From Vezdaea acicularis (lineage: Eukaryota), in assembly GCA_026025075.1 (NCBI GenBank), contig JAPEUI010000015.1, positions 1 to 64,000 on the forward strand: 64,000 bases of DNA, given 5' to 3'. The position numbers and the translations under genes were made by a program. Below, in pieces: positions 1-11,686 of the stretch (positions are counted from its first letter, which is position 1; each line of letters begins with the position of its first letter). The notes under the pieces are model-generated. The model saw only the letters and a program-made list of their open reading frames with translations, did not search any database and had not been told where the DNA came from.

Positions 1-2363
1 TGGTGGATGGTGTAGGAGGACTGGCGTGCTTCCGGCATAGCTCGACCGCGACTCAGCACTCAGGCCGCCGTGCAGCCCCGACGACTCCATTTTCTGATAT
101 ATCGTGGAACACGCTACAACCCGCCGTCGCGGCCGATATCCATCCTCGGCCTCCCCGGCGCTCACGGTGCATCGTGACGTCCGCAATACCTGTTACGCGC
201 TGCGGCGGTCGACATTCATGATCACCCCTCCTTCTCCCGGACCTACCTCCATACCGCTTGGACGGATTTGCGGATGGACGGCGTGGCGGCCACATGAAGC
301 TCGACGGACGACCCGCCTCCGACTCAAGATGGATCTCCTCCTCCTCCTCCACGCCGACGGTTTGATCAACGGACGCCCCGCTGGACATTTGGAACGCGTG
401 GTGGAGGAGTAGCGGTACCCGCACGACATAGCTTCTTACGCCGTGCGGCCTGGTACTGCTACATGCCCTCGTCTCATCTCCATACCGCGATGAGGTTCTG
501 ACACGCGATCAGAGCGGGTTGCATCTCGAAAATCCCGAAATGGAAAAGACGCGGTGGCATGCGGGGCGCTGCAAGGAAGCCCCGCAGCGACGTTGCATTC
601 GTCGTGCAGACCGCCTCGACGCTTTGGGGAGAGGGGGGAGGGGGAGCTCCGACGATGGTACGGGAACGATCAGCTCGGGGTACACGATGGCAGACGGTGG
701 CGTGGAGCGAATGGCAACGGGCGAGGTCGCACGACCGAACCTACCTTGCAGCGCTGGATGCAGATGTTCGACGTCACCGGCGTGCTAGGTGCAGCCCTCG
801 CTCTGAAACTACCCATCGAATGTCATTGCATGTCAATCACATCTGAAGAGCTTCGGCGTAGCTTGGAGTTGGAAAGGCGATGTCCCCCGCGAATGTGGAG
901 CGCGCTTGGCTGCTGCTGCTGCTTCACGAGATGGCCGTGCCAAGCCAAGAATATGTCGAGCTCCTCGATCCGGCCATGGCGGCCATCCCCCATGTCCGCG
1001 ATGAAGCGTCGCGGCTGCTCTCTGCTCTCTACTCTCGACGGTGTCATACGAAGTACGTCAAACTCTATCAAGATGAACAAGGTCCCGTCGCGAGGACGTT
1101 CGCGTGTTGCCGCCGCACGGTCCAGCCAGAATCAATTTCTCGAAGCTCTCGAGGGAACTCGCGTCATTACCGCGACGCGTGGGGTTGGTCGATCCGCTTC
1201 TGCTCGGCGGGACTTCTCTGGACGGGCGACCAAACCCCACGACGATCTAAGCGGGCGCATCGTGTGGGTCTCAGCCAGCCATCGACCACGCCATCGTCGT
1301 TTTGGGGGGGGGGCCCCCGACGGGCAATCTGCCGCGGCGGAGCGGGCGGAGGGCGGAGGGGCGGAAAGGCGTGTCGTGGGGCTCGGCTAGGATCGTTACC
1401 TGTTACAGCAGGAGGGGGCCGGGATGGGCGGGGGCGGCCAGGATACGCGACGGGCCCCACTGGTTGCGTGCTCCCTCCCCCCCTCGCGCTTTCCCTCTCT
1501 GGCTTACCTATTCCGGCATCGAGCGATGGCCCCGTCTAGCGCGACTCGCTGCTTTATTTAGGGGATCAGCCCTCCCCGGTTCGCGTGGCCCTGAGTCGAG
1601 GGCGTTTTGAGTATCGGCTACTTTAAGGGCTCTCCAATGGCTCTCCCCGTCGCGCACCCTCGATGCAGATCCCATGCTAATATAGGCGAGGGAGAGCGCG
1701 CAACGGCCGTGTGATTCGCCGTCGCCTTCGAGGGCAATCCCGGATCGTCTAATCTCGTCCGCTCGAAGGAGGAAAAGGAGGACGAGCAGGACGAGGAGGA
1801 GAGCGAGGTTCTGCCCGTCGCGGCCGCCATCCGCCGCATGCCCAGCCCTGCCCCTCGTCGTCATCTCCTATTCCGTATCTTCCTTGCAACCGGAGCAAAG
1901 GGGTTGCATTCGAGAGATTGCTCGATGCGGCGATGGATGGGGCCAATACGGTACGGAGTGAGGAGTCGGTGCGTCGTAGAAAGTCCCCCCCATTCGGGCG
2001 GGTAGGCCATGGGCAGCGCGCGAATGGGGCGCCCCGACCGCCCGCTTGCCCGCTCCGCCCTTCCGCCGCGCCTTCCCACTTCCAATATATTGTGACGGCA
2101 GTAGCTCCCGGACCTTGAATTGGGATGCCCTTGAATCTTCACGACGGCACTTTGCATTCATTCATTCATCAACGGAAGATGAGAAGGGCGCTTTTCGATT
2201 CCACGTGCCCATGGTCATTCACGCTCGTATGAGGGAAGTACCACGGGTCGACACAAGACGAGGGGGCACGGCGCGGACCGTGGGGGCCCGTCGCTGCGCT
2301 GATTAAGGCGTTGTTTGCTCGCGGGCCAGCGCTCGTCCTTGGCATCCTCGCAATTCTCTCGTC

Positions 2364-2405
2364 GAGACATCAGACATCAGACATCAGATATCAGCAATCA
2401 GCAAT
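2364..2405. repeat. Short tandem repeat (CAGACAT)n decaying into (CAGCAAT)n
   Basis: gagacat cagacat cagacat cagatat cagcaat cagcaat read directly. Confidence 0.8.
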
Positions 2406-3730
2406 ATGCAATCAAACAAATGAGCGGCAACGGCCCGGACCAAGTCACTGCTCTCGTTGCTCGGCCACGGGTGACCAGAACAAACTGGGAGGAGCCTCGT
2501 GTCAGGATGTGTCGACGCTGCATTGGCCACCTCGGATCCCTCGCGGAGGGTCGAGTAGCCTCACCGTCACACCCAAACCGTGCGTCTATCCGAGATCAAC
2601 ATACTTCCACCGCACGTCCACCGGTCTCACCCGCCTGGAATATTCGAGAGATGATGATTATTATGGTTATGATGATTGCGGGCAACGTGGAGCGGGCGGG
2701 GGACGGCGGTTCCGGCCGCGTGCAATAGATGCGCTGCACACACACAGACTCGGCCGGTATCCCCCTTCAATAATTGAATGTTGGATTGCTTCATTTCTTT
2801 TCGCTCTGGCCTTCCGGGAGGCCCCCAATTGATTTCAGGCGCCGGGATTCGCGTGTATGCTTGGTTTTTTGCCTCGAGGCTAAAGAGCTGTACGACGCGG
2901 GAGGAGGAGAGTCCTGGACGAGGAGACGACTCGCTTGGAAGGGAGTTGCCAGTGGCTGTCGCCTCTTCTCGAAGCGACGGGGGGGGAGTTCAGCTCGGTC
3001 GATCTGACGCCGAACGCGGCCATCAATCCCCCAATCCCCCCCTATCTCGACCTCATCCAATACCTCGACTCTCCCTTTGAGGGCGGGACGGGCGCGTGAG
3101 GGCGCCTCTGCACCGCATCGATAATAGAAGAAGGGCAGATCTCCGGCTTGATGAGAGCATGGACGGGCAGAACTGCGAATCTGCCGTCGCCTCCACGCGC
3201 CCAACACCTTCGCTGCTCCACCTCAGCGCCCGCGACTTGGCTTGGCTTGACCACCCTCGACCCACCGATTGATGGTTAGGCGGTGGAGCCGACCAGGGAG
3301 AGGGACCGGGATGGGGCTGGCCCTATCTGCTCCCATCTGCTTTTGATCTCGCCGGGCCGTGGGACCCTCGTATATATCTCCAAACCGGCCATCAACCCTG
3401 CCACGACCCTCTCCCCCTCCACCTCTCATCCCGATTATTGGGGTCCGGCGCGACACCGCCAGGACGATCGACGGGGGCATGCGGAGGGTTAAAATGATGC
3501 TCCGGCATACTCCCTGTCGCCAGCTTTCCCCAGAGCGAACGCGGCCAGCATCGTCCCAGCATCGTTCCCAGCATCGCGCCGGCCGTCGGCATCGCAGGTC
3601 ATGGATGGTGCAGCGGCAAGGCGGGAGAGAGGTGCGACTTCGCTGGATTCCTGATTGATACTACAAAAACACAAGCAGCCTTTCCATTGGAGCCTCACGC
3701 CAGCCACCTCCTCACCCCTCCATCCCTATC

Positions 3731-3762
3731 GTCCGTCCGTCCGTCCGTCCGTCCATCCGTCC
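3731..3762. repeat. (GTCC)n microsatellite
   Basis: GTCC x6, ATCC, GTCC. Confidence 0.9.
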
Positions 3763-4680
3763 TCACGCCCTGGTCCCCGCATCAGGCACCGCTCGCCGCC
3801 CACGTGAGCGATGGATGAGCGAGCGTAAGTCCGACGATGCGACGCGCAGGTCCCATCTCACCGTCCGTTCACGCGCATCGCGTGTGAGTGTATCTGTAAT
3901 TCCCCTCTCACTCTTCTCTTTGCCCTCTCCCCCCGTTCCACCTCCAGCTCATGGCGTTGACGCTTGCCAGCTGTCAGACAATCCAGCGCCCGCCACGGCC
4001 AGCCATCGACTGGCCAGGACATGTACCGTTGGGCTGCTCCATTCATTCATGCGCCCTCCCATCACGCCCCCCGCGGCCGGTGGCGAGGCCGACGATTGGC
4101 CACGGCGACGTCGACAGGGCATGCACGAAACACGTCCCAAGATTGCGCACTTGCCGAGAAGGGGATGTGCGGAGGGGCTTGGCGCGCCCGGTCGCGTCGC
4201 TCGCTTGGCCGTTGATGTCATACTACTGTAGACCATCAGAAACTATCCGACCAGAGCATCGCTGACTCGTCTTGAGTGGTAGATCCATGCTTTCCGTACT
4301 CGACGCGTCCGCGACTGAAATCACGACATTAAGTTCAGCGGCGCTACGGGGCGAGGAGGCTGACTGCTGATTGCCGACTTTCCGTGTGCCCACCATCAAG
4401 ACCCTTCCCCTTGCCCTTGCCCTTGCCCTTTCCGTCCGCTCGTAGGACCCTGAAACAGCAACCACCGCACCCGCCTACCCACCAACCTTCTCTCCCGCTT
4501 TGGGCAGCTCGCACCTACTCAAGGCAGGTGGGCGGGGGGAGGGGTATTCACTATCCTGGAAGGAAGGAGGGGCCGGTGCAGTGCTGGTCGCTGTTCCCCT
4601 CTCCAGCCACTTTACGCGTGACGTGATGACGCTAGGCGAGCGACGCGTCGGTGAGGGTTTTCCGCCTTCGACCCCAACCA

Positions 4681-4770
4681 TACACCACACATATTCACAC
4701 ACCACATACACACACACACATTCATACACAAACACACAGACACACACATGCAAGACGCATTCACACACAA
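4681..4770. repeat. Degenerate (CA)n microsatellite
   Basis: tacaccacacatattcacacaccacatacacacacacaca...acacacagacacacaca. Confidence 0.85.
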
Positions 4771-5247
4771 CAGCCCTCACCTTTCTTCACGCGGACTAAT
4801 TCCCACCGACTAGCCCGCCATCCTGAGGGAGACGACGGACGCCGCCGCTGATACCATCCCCCCCTCCTCCTCCTCCCCGATAGCGTGGGGCCGCCCCAAA
4901 CAACATCCTACCCTTTCTGCTGACCACCCAACCCCCGCCCCTCCAGCTCCCCAATACCGGTTTCCGCCCCGTGCTCGCGGTGGCCTCCGAATTTTTGTCG
5001 CGTCTGCCGCTTTGGGTATCGCGTTGTCCTGTCCTTCCCCATGCCGGTGTAGGCTGTCTCGTGCGAAGCTTTTTTTGGTTCTCGTTTGAGAGATTTATTT
5101 TTTTCTCGTGCGAGAGGTTTTCTCTGATTGGCTGGGTTTTTGAGGGCATGTGAGGATTGTCGTGAAAGGGGGGGCAAATTGAGCCCCCAAGTGTACTGGC
5201 CGGGTGGAGAGCTCTGGAGGGGATATCACTATCCCCAGCTTCGATTT

Positions 5248-5389
5248 TTGAGCATATTCTATTCTTCAGTAAAATGTATTCCCGTCGTCCGATCACCAAT
5301 CTTCGTGTCCATCTCCGGTTGAGTATATTCTATTCTTTAGTAGAATGTATTCCTGCGTTTTAATCATCTGTCTTCGTACTCTTGACAGA
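5248..5389. repeat. Two-copy tandem duplication, 71-bp period, with a conserved 35-bp palindromic core
   Basis: 5248-5282 ttgagcatattctattcttcagtaaaatgtattcc vs 5319-5353 ttgagtatattctattctttagtagaatgtattcc (3 transitions); the following halves share atca..tcttcgt. Confidence 0.8.
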
Positions 5390-5702
5390 AGCTCTGCATC
5401 CCGGAAAGTGATTTCTGCCATCTGAAAGTCTGAAGGGGAACCACCCCACTGTTTTTTTTAAGTAAAGGCGAGAGAATGGAAGATATCGAATGGGTGTACG
5501 GGGGCGGATAAAGGGTATCAAGCTTCGGTGTTCAATGTTCGAGGTTCGAGAGAATAAGTGAGCGATCATCTACTCTATCCCGAACCACACTCGCCTGGTT
5601 CCACAAAAGTGGAGGGGGAAGGGGGGAGGAAACCGATATTCGCATCCTACATCTTTAAATCGTATAATATCTACACGTAGAAAGCACAATGATCCCCCTC
5701 AA

Positions 5703-6773
5703 CTACCCCGCGCCCGCATCCTGACGTGAATCTCCAACAATCCGAATCTCATGCCGTCCCAGCACCGTATCCTCCGCATCCACAAAGTCGACGAGCCTCA
5801 GCCGCGTGCCCTCGCGGCGCAGGACCGTCCGGCAGCTGGCTTCAAGGCGGGCACACCCTTCCTCGAAGCGGGCGAAGATCAGGGGCGGTATCGGCTGGGG
5901 CGCCCATTTCTCGCGGCACACCACGGTGAGGTGTTGCAGGGTGGGGAAGGAGGCGATGAAGCCGTCGGAGCCGATGCGGGGCTAGAAGGAGGGAGAAGAG
6001 GTCAGGTTAGTCGATTTTGGTAGTTTCGAGGGGAGAGGAGGCGGAGGAGGACGAGAGGGGTGGGGATATGGTACCTGCTGCGCGCTCCATCGGCGGTTCG
6101 TCGTGATGTAGAAGATGTCGGCGTCGATGCGCATCTGCTGGACGTGGGGGAAGATGGGGATGATCTGCGAGGGTGGCGGCACGGTTTGGTCGCGAGGAGC
6201 AGACTGCGTGGTGCTGGGAGATGTATATCAGCTTCTAGGTCAATTGAGAGGGAATGACGTATTTCGGACGGACTCAGGGTTGGGGTCGGCCCACGCCGAG
6301 GGCGGAGGCTGTCCGATCCGTATGAATTTCAAGACTGGTATCACGGTCTTGTGGAAGGTGGAACTGGCTAGGCTCCATGTCGTGTCTGGTGTTGTTGTTG
6401 ATGATGCTTGCGGACTCGCTCGCCTCCCCGAGTACTCGAGCGAAAGCGGGTTCTTGCTGTGATGTTCCTGCCACGGCATGTTCCTCTCGAAGCGCGAGCC
6501 AGAGGTGACGTCGAGCTTCTGGACCCATGACGTTGGGTCTCTGAACGATACGTTGTAGTCCCAGGACCGGAAGGCAGCGAGGCTGCAGGAATACCCGTCT
6601 CGACTGAATCTTTCAAAGTCGTCTCGGTCGAGGATGATGTGTTCGAAGAGCATGGGTCCGATCAGACGATCGAGTGCCTTGCTTGAGCAGCTGAGAGCTG
6701 AGAGATCTTCTTTGTGGAGGTAGGAGAGGATCCGTTGGAAGAGCTCAAGGGGGATGTTGAAGAAGGGGACCAT
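5703..6773 (-). CDS. F-box-like domain protein, probably 3 exons
   Basis: N-term MVPFFNIPLELFQRILSYLHKEDLSALSCSSKAL fits the F-box consensus. Introns at about 6274-6215 (GTCCGT..GCTGAT..CAG) and 6074-5982 (GTACCA..CTAAC..TAG) join protein-like exons (IPIFPHVQQMRIDAD; FPTLQHLTVVCREKW) ending at TAG 5703. Confidence 0.65.
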
Positions 6774-7578
6774 TTTGGGGACAACAGTGACACGGGTGTA
6801 TAAGAAGGAGTTTGTATCCACGGGCTGTTGGCATCCGTAGAGCTATATGAACACCAAGAGATGTGGACTTGTCTATCGACTCTCCAAATGGAAAAATATA
6901 ACCTTGTTGTCCGCTATAAGTGTGGACAGATGGATGCACGCGGAAGGGTTCTGCCGAGTGGACCAGCTGGCAGGGTGGCTGCAGCCTGACGCCGAAAGCC
7001 TGACGCCGGAACTGATAGATGAAATGATATCAAGTCAAAGGACGTACTCTAAGACAAAGAAAGAACGATATATAGAGTGGTAAATATATTTAATGGCCGT
7101 GTCGTCTGTAACCCAAAGCAGGTGGGACAACAGCTCTTCATGCAAGAGTCTAACAAAAGTGACCTTGAATGATCGGTCAAACAAGAGGCTGCCAGTCTCC
7201 TGTCGGACGACTATGGATCTGCGAAAGTAAACATTCTCGGAAAAAGAAAAGCGTGCAAACCATGTGGGAGACCTTTTATAAGAAGCTTGTGCGCTTCTTA
7301 CCAAAGAGGAAGGTGTTTCATGTAACTGCAGTATGGATCACGGTTCCATGTAGAAGCTTAGTGGTCCGGTAGCTCGGCTCGCTTTTGGGGAAATTTTATG
7401 ATGCTGATTGGCTTTCGTCAAGAATTGTGACTTCTTCGCACATCCCATCGGTCGAGGATAGATTGACACTTACTGTAGTATGGGCCTCAAATTTCCAGAG
7501 CTGTGAAGTCTTCTGTGAGAGACTCCAGTCGCCATGCCGGGGCGCATCGAAGCCCGTGCGTCCAATTTTACGCAGGGA

Positions 7579-10431
7579 ATGGATATTCACAGATGCCGTT
7601 TTGTGCCGTATCCTTCTTCTGCGATCAATGCGATTGCCTTCTCGCACTCATCCGCACAAAGTAAAAGTCGCAAGGCACCTCCAACCTTACGTCTCGCGCT
7701 TGGCAGAGCCAACGGTAACATAGAAATATGGAACCCGTTAAACGGAGTCTGGTCGCACGAAATCACAATACATGGTGGGAAAGGTCGCACAGTCGATGCG
7801 CTGGTATGGATAAAAGACCCGGACGAGGAAGATTACGAAGGAAGGATGAGACCAGGGAAGCTGAGGCTTTTCAGTATTGGCTATTCGGCAGCAGTCACTG
7901 AGTGGGATTTGGCCAAAAGACAACCTGCACGACATTCCAGCGGGAACCATGGTGAAATATGGTGTTTGGCTGCACAACCAGCATGGCAGCCAAAGCCCGA
8001 CCAAACTAAGGAGCGGCAGCAGGAGGAGGATAGAAGCTTCAAGGGTCAGAATCTCGTTGCCGGCTGTGCAGACGGTTCAATTGTTGTTCTCCACACCGCT
8101 CATGGTGACCTAGAGTTTTTCCGTACACTTCAGAGATCATCCGCGAAGAAGGCACGAATACTCAGCATCACCTTCATTGACCGGAACAACGTCGCTGCTG
8201 GTTGCGCAGATGGACACATCAGAATATACGACACAAGGAACGGCAATCAGATACGGAGCATAGGGTTAGGGAAAGGACCGACTGGAGGCCCCAAGCAAAT
8301 CTTGGTCTGGTCCGTCAAGTGCCTGCCAGATGGCACAATCGTCTCCGGAGACTCTACTGGCGAAGTACGGTTCTGGGATGCTAAGACTCATACACAGACA
8401 CAAAGGCTACAGGCGCACAAAGCAGACTTACTGACCATGGACATAAGCGCGGATGGCACCACCATCTTCACCGGTGGAATGGACCGTCGGACTGTCGTTT
8501 TCCAAAAGACCGGCAGCAATAAAGACCCAAGAGGGCGCAGGTGGGCAGAGCTATACCATCGGAGGTATCATGATCACGATGTAAAAGCAATGGCGTCTTT
8601 TGACTCGAAGCATTTGAGCGTGCTCGTATCTGGTGGCCTCGACACTAATCCTATCGTCATGCCAGTCCGAGCGTTCGCAACCGAACATCATAGGACCTTA
8701 CAATATCTCCCACAAGAACCTCCTATGGACAGCGCGCCAGCTACTGGCCTTTTCGTGAGCTGGTGGGGTCAAGAGGTGAGGATATGGCGCATGCTGAAAA
8801 CAGCCGAATTTAGGAGTATCGAAGACGATGACGATGCCAGAAATCACAAATTGGTATCTCGTCTTGGCGTTAAGGGGGAGGAGAGTATTACGCATGCAGC
8901 TATCAGCGAGAAAGGAGATCTCCTCGCCGTGTCAACGCTTGCCGAAACTCGACTGTTCAGGTTACGACCGGGCAAAGAGGGGCCGATGGATAGCCTACGA
9001 ATCAAGAAGCTTTTGCTACCTCCGCGAGTTTCAAAGATGGGCGGCACTCATCTCCGCATCTCCCCCGATGGTAAATGGCTTCTTAACGTCACCTGCGAGA
9101 ACTCAATTCTACTCGTGCGTATCGTTGGCCATGAATCTCCTGATCATCCCCTCAGAGCCCTGCCAAAGCATCTGCTCCTGAAGCGCCTTCCTAGAAAAGA
9201 TTTACAAGACGACTACAGAGGAACCCTAGGGGGTTATGGTCGTACAATCATACGAACCGCTTTTTCCGCCGACAGCCGTATTCTTGTTGTAGCTGATCTG
9301 GCAGGTTATCTCGACAGTTGGGTCCTTGAAGGGAAGGAAGATCTGATTGAGGCCGGGCATATTCCGAATGGCCACGCAGATGTCTCTGTATCTGGGTCTG
9401 GATCTGACTCGGATTCCTCGTCCTCTTCCTCCGGCCATCACTCGGTCGATTCAGATGTGGCTCGTCCGCAACGCAAGAATCCCGGCATACTCGGCCAAAG
9501 TTGGCATCAGTCCCCGAACGCAAATCTCCTTCCCCGACTCCCTTCTTCACCGCTTATTCTCTCATTTCGCCCTTATCCGCGTAAGCACCTCTCAAACGGC
9601 CTACCAAATGGGAATATTGCACCCAGTACGCACCCCACACGTTCCAACACCCAACGGAACTCTCATTCGCTCGCAAAGGGAGATGACCGATTACTGGTCC
9701 TATCGACCACGCACGAGGTTTACGAATTCAACGTGCTCAGTGGAAGCCTCACAGATTGGGCCCGCCGCAATCCGGCGTCCGTAAGGCCCGAAAATTTTTC
9801 TAAGCTAAGGGACCGCGTCATGGGAGTTTTATGGGACGTAGACGAGCAACTTGGAAGGGAGAGGGTATGGCTTTATGGTGTTGCATGGATGGGATGTTTC
9901 GATCTTGGGAGAGATTTTCTTCCACCCAGTGATGACTATTACCGCCAATTGAAGAGGAGAAGAACACTCGAGGAAGGGGCAGGGAGTGCGGTGAATCCCC
10001 AAGACGAAGATTTGAGAAGACCTGCGAAGGTGAGAAGACTGGGCGAGAACGGAAAGCGCGAAAGCGCTGTACAAATAGGGGAGAGCGAAGAGAGCGATGA
10101 AAGCGAGGATGTTGAGGGGGAGGGCTATGGACCTTCAAGCACACTTTTACGGATACGGAAAGGGGAGGGGAATCAAGGATCATTGGAGGCTAAGAGACCA
10201 ATCAAGGCATGGGAAGCGGGGAATTGGTGGGTGACGACGAAGTATCGACCGATCTTAGGTGTCGTTCCCATCAAGGCGTTCGATATGGGCGAAACATCGG
10301 AAAGCAACGAGAAGAAACCCGGAATCGAGGTCGCCTTGATTGAGAGACCGGCTTGGGATCTCGACCTGCCGCCAAGGTTTGACGGGGATCAGGAGTGGGG
10401 CGAACAAGGCCTCGTTGGGGTGCTCAAATAG
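7579..10431 (+). CDS. UTP4: U3 snoRNA-associated protein 4 (WD40, SSU processome)
   Basis: Diagnostic N-terminus MDIHRCRFVPYPSSAINAIAFS, WD repeats, C-terminal KYRPILGVVP..VALIERP; intronless. Confidence 0.93.
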   Translation: MDIHRCRFVPYPSSAINAIAFSHSSAQSKSRKAPPTLRLALGRANGNIEIWNPLNGVWSHEITIHGGKGRTVDALVWIKDPDEEDYEGRMRPGKLRLFSIGYSAAVTEWDLAKRQPARHSSGNHGEIWCLAAQPAWQPKPDQTKERQQEEDRSFKGQNLVAGCADGSIVVLHTAHGDLEFFRTLQRSSAKKARILSITFIDRNNVAAGCADGHIRIYDTRNGNQIRSIGLGKGPTGGPKQILVWSVKCLPDGTIVSGDSTGEVRFWDAKTHTQTQRLQAHKADLLTMDISADGTTIFTGGMDRRTVVFQKTGSNKDPRGRRWAELYHRRYHDHDVKAMASFDSKHLSVLVSGGLDTNPIVMPVRAFATEHHRTLQYLPQEPPMDSAPATGLFVSWWGQEVRIWRMLKTAEFRSIEDDDDARNHKLVSRLGVKGEESITHAAISEKGDLLAVSTLAETRLFRLRPGKEGPMDSLRIKKLLLPPRVSKMGGTHLRISPDGKWLLNVTCENSILLVRIVGHESPDHPLRALPKHLLLKRLPRKDLQDDYRGTLGGYGRTIIRTAFSADSRILVVADLAGYLDSWVLEGKEDLIEAGHIPNGHADVSVSGSGSDSDSSSSSSGHHSVDSDVARPQRKNPGILGQSWHQSPNANLLPRLPSSPLILSFRPYPRKHLSNGLPNGNIAPSTHPTRSNTQRNSHSLAKGDDRLLVLSTTHEVYEFNVLSGSLTDWARRNPASVRPENFSKLRDRVMGVLWDVDEQLGRERVWLYGVAWMGCFDLGRDFLPPSDDYYRQLKRRRTLEEGAGSAVNPQDEDLRRPAKVRRLGENGKRESAVQIGESEESDESEDVEGEGYGPSSTLLRIRKGEGNQGSLEAKRPIKAWEAGNWWVTTKYRPILGVVPIKAFDMGETSESNEKKPGIEVALIERPAWDLDLPPRFDGDQEWGEQGLVGVLK

Positions 10432-11686
10432 CTACATAGCACCACAATCACTTGGACTATCACGATGTTCAGAACAAAATAAGATGGTTGAATCGTGCTA
10501 CAGAAGTCGGGCTCTGGTCTGGCTGAACATTATACTGTTGAATACCATAGGCTGACGTCTTAGATGCATCCGCAACGCACCGGGCCCGTCCAGCCGGTAT
10601 GGTGGCATATCCTCGGTGTAGTACCCCGAAGGCAGCCAAGACCCATTAGGCCGCGCAAGCATCGGAAGGGGATTTAGAAGATTCCTATCCATGCGTCCCA
10701 GCGCAAATACGGCGCCCATCCCACCGTCACACCTGATTACGTTCTCGAATTGCGACTGGCCTAGCAGACCCCTTCGCGGTAGCATATACGCAATGGCACC
10801 CACGCCATGGCTCGGTGTAAAAGTATTGCCGTCTGAGGGTACGTGCGGCTCTTGCCGGTAGGCTGCTGTGATATCTTGCCACCACGAGTGCGTATGAGAG
10901 AAGGGTTTTATCCCACCTGCGTGCTACAATGACGAAGCCTCCTATTGATCAGCCGAACGGCACAGTGATATTCTGTTACACGACATCAGGTGTTGGAAAG
11001 ATAGCTAGGGGTGTTGGAATGTAGGACGATCTTAAAGTGTAAGACAATCCATTGTGACCGTGGCAAAGTGGCTTTATAGTACTCGGACGAGCAATAGACT
11101 CTTCAGCCAGTGGCTAGAGCTCGATCTAGACCATCGCAGGGTACATCCGTTGAAGCTTCCGTTTGACAGGATGGCCGGGTCCGCGATGGCAACCTAATTA
11201 CTGGATTGGTGGGGTTGGGAGAAAAGCTTTCCCACATGAGTGTTCTTGGATGGCGGAAGTACATGCCCAGATGGGGACGCGTGGTTGATCGTCACCGTCG
11301 CCCAAGCATTTGCTGCTTACGACTGCTGTCTCGCGTAGGTGGCCAATGAGATGCGCGGCTTCCGGTGACGCGTCGTCTGTCGGTCCTCGGGCGCACTTTC
11401 GTGAGGAGTGGCCGCCCAAGGAAGGCGGCGATGGCCCACCAATCTTTCGCTTAGGTGGCTGTGTTAAAGCTGCGGTCGCACGAATCCCTCCTCAACCCTT
11501 TGGCTTGTGCTGCTCCTACCTACGTTGTCTCCTCTTTTCCTCTTGTTCCTCATCCTGCATCGGAAAGGACCTTCTCACCAAGTGCGTTACATCGATAGAC
11601 TCAGTTGACCGGCTCCCTCGAGGCCGACCGGTTATTGCGAAGCCATCTCACATCTATCGCTTCGCAATCCAACCTCCTACAGCGAC

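Noticed and set aside
5248..5353. CRISPR-like layout: 35-bp palindromic repeat, 36-bp spacer, repeat
   Set aside because: Only two copies, the spacer resembles the sequence after copy 2 (so a 71-bp tandem duplication), no cas genes, eukaryotic context
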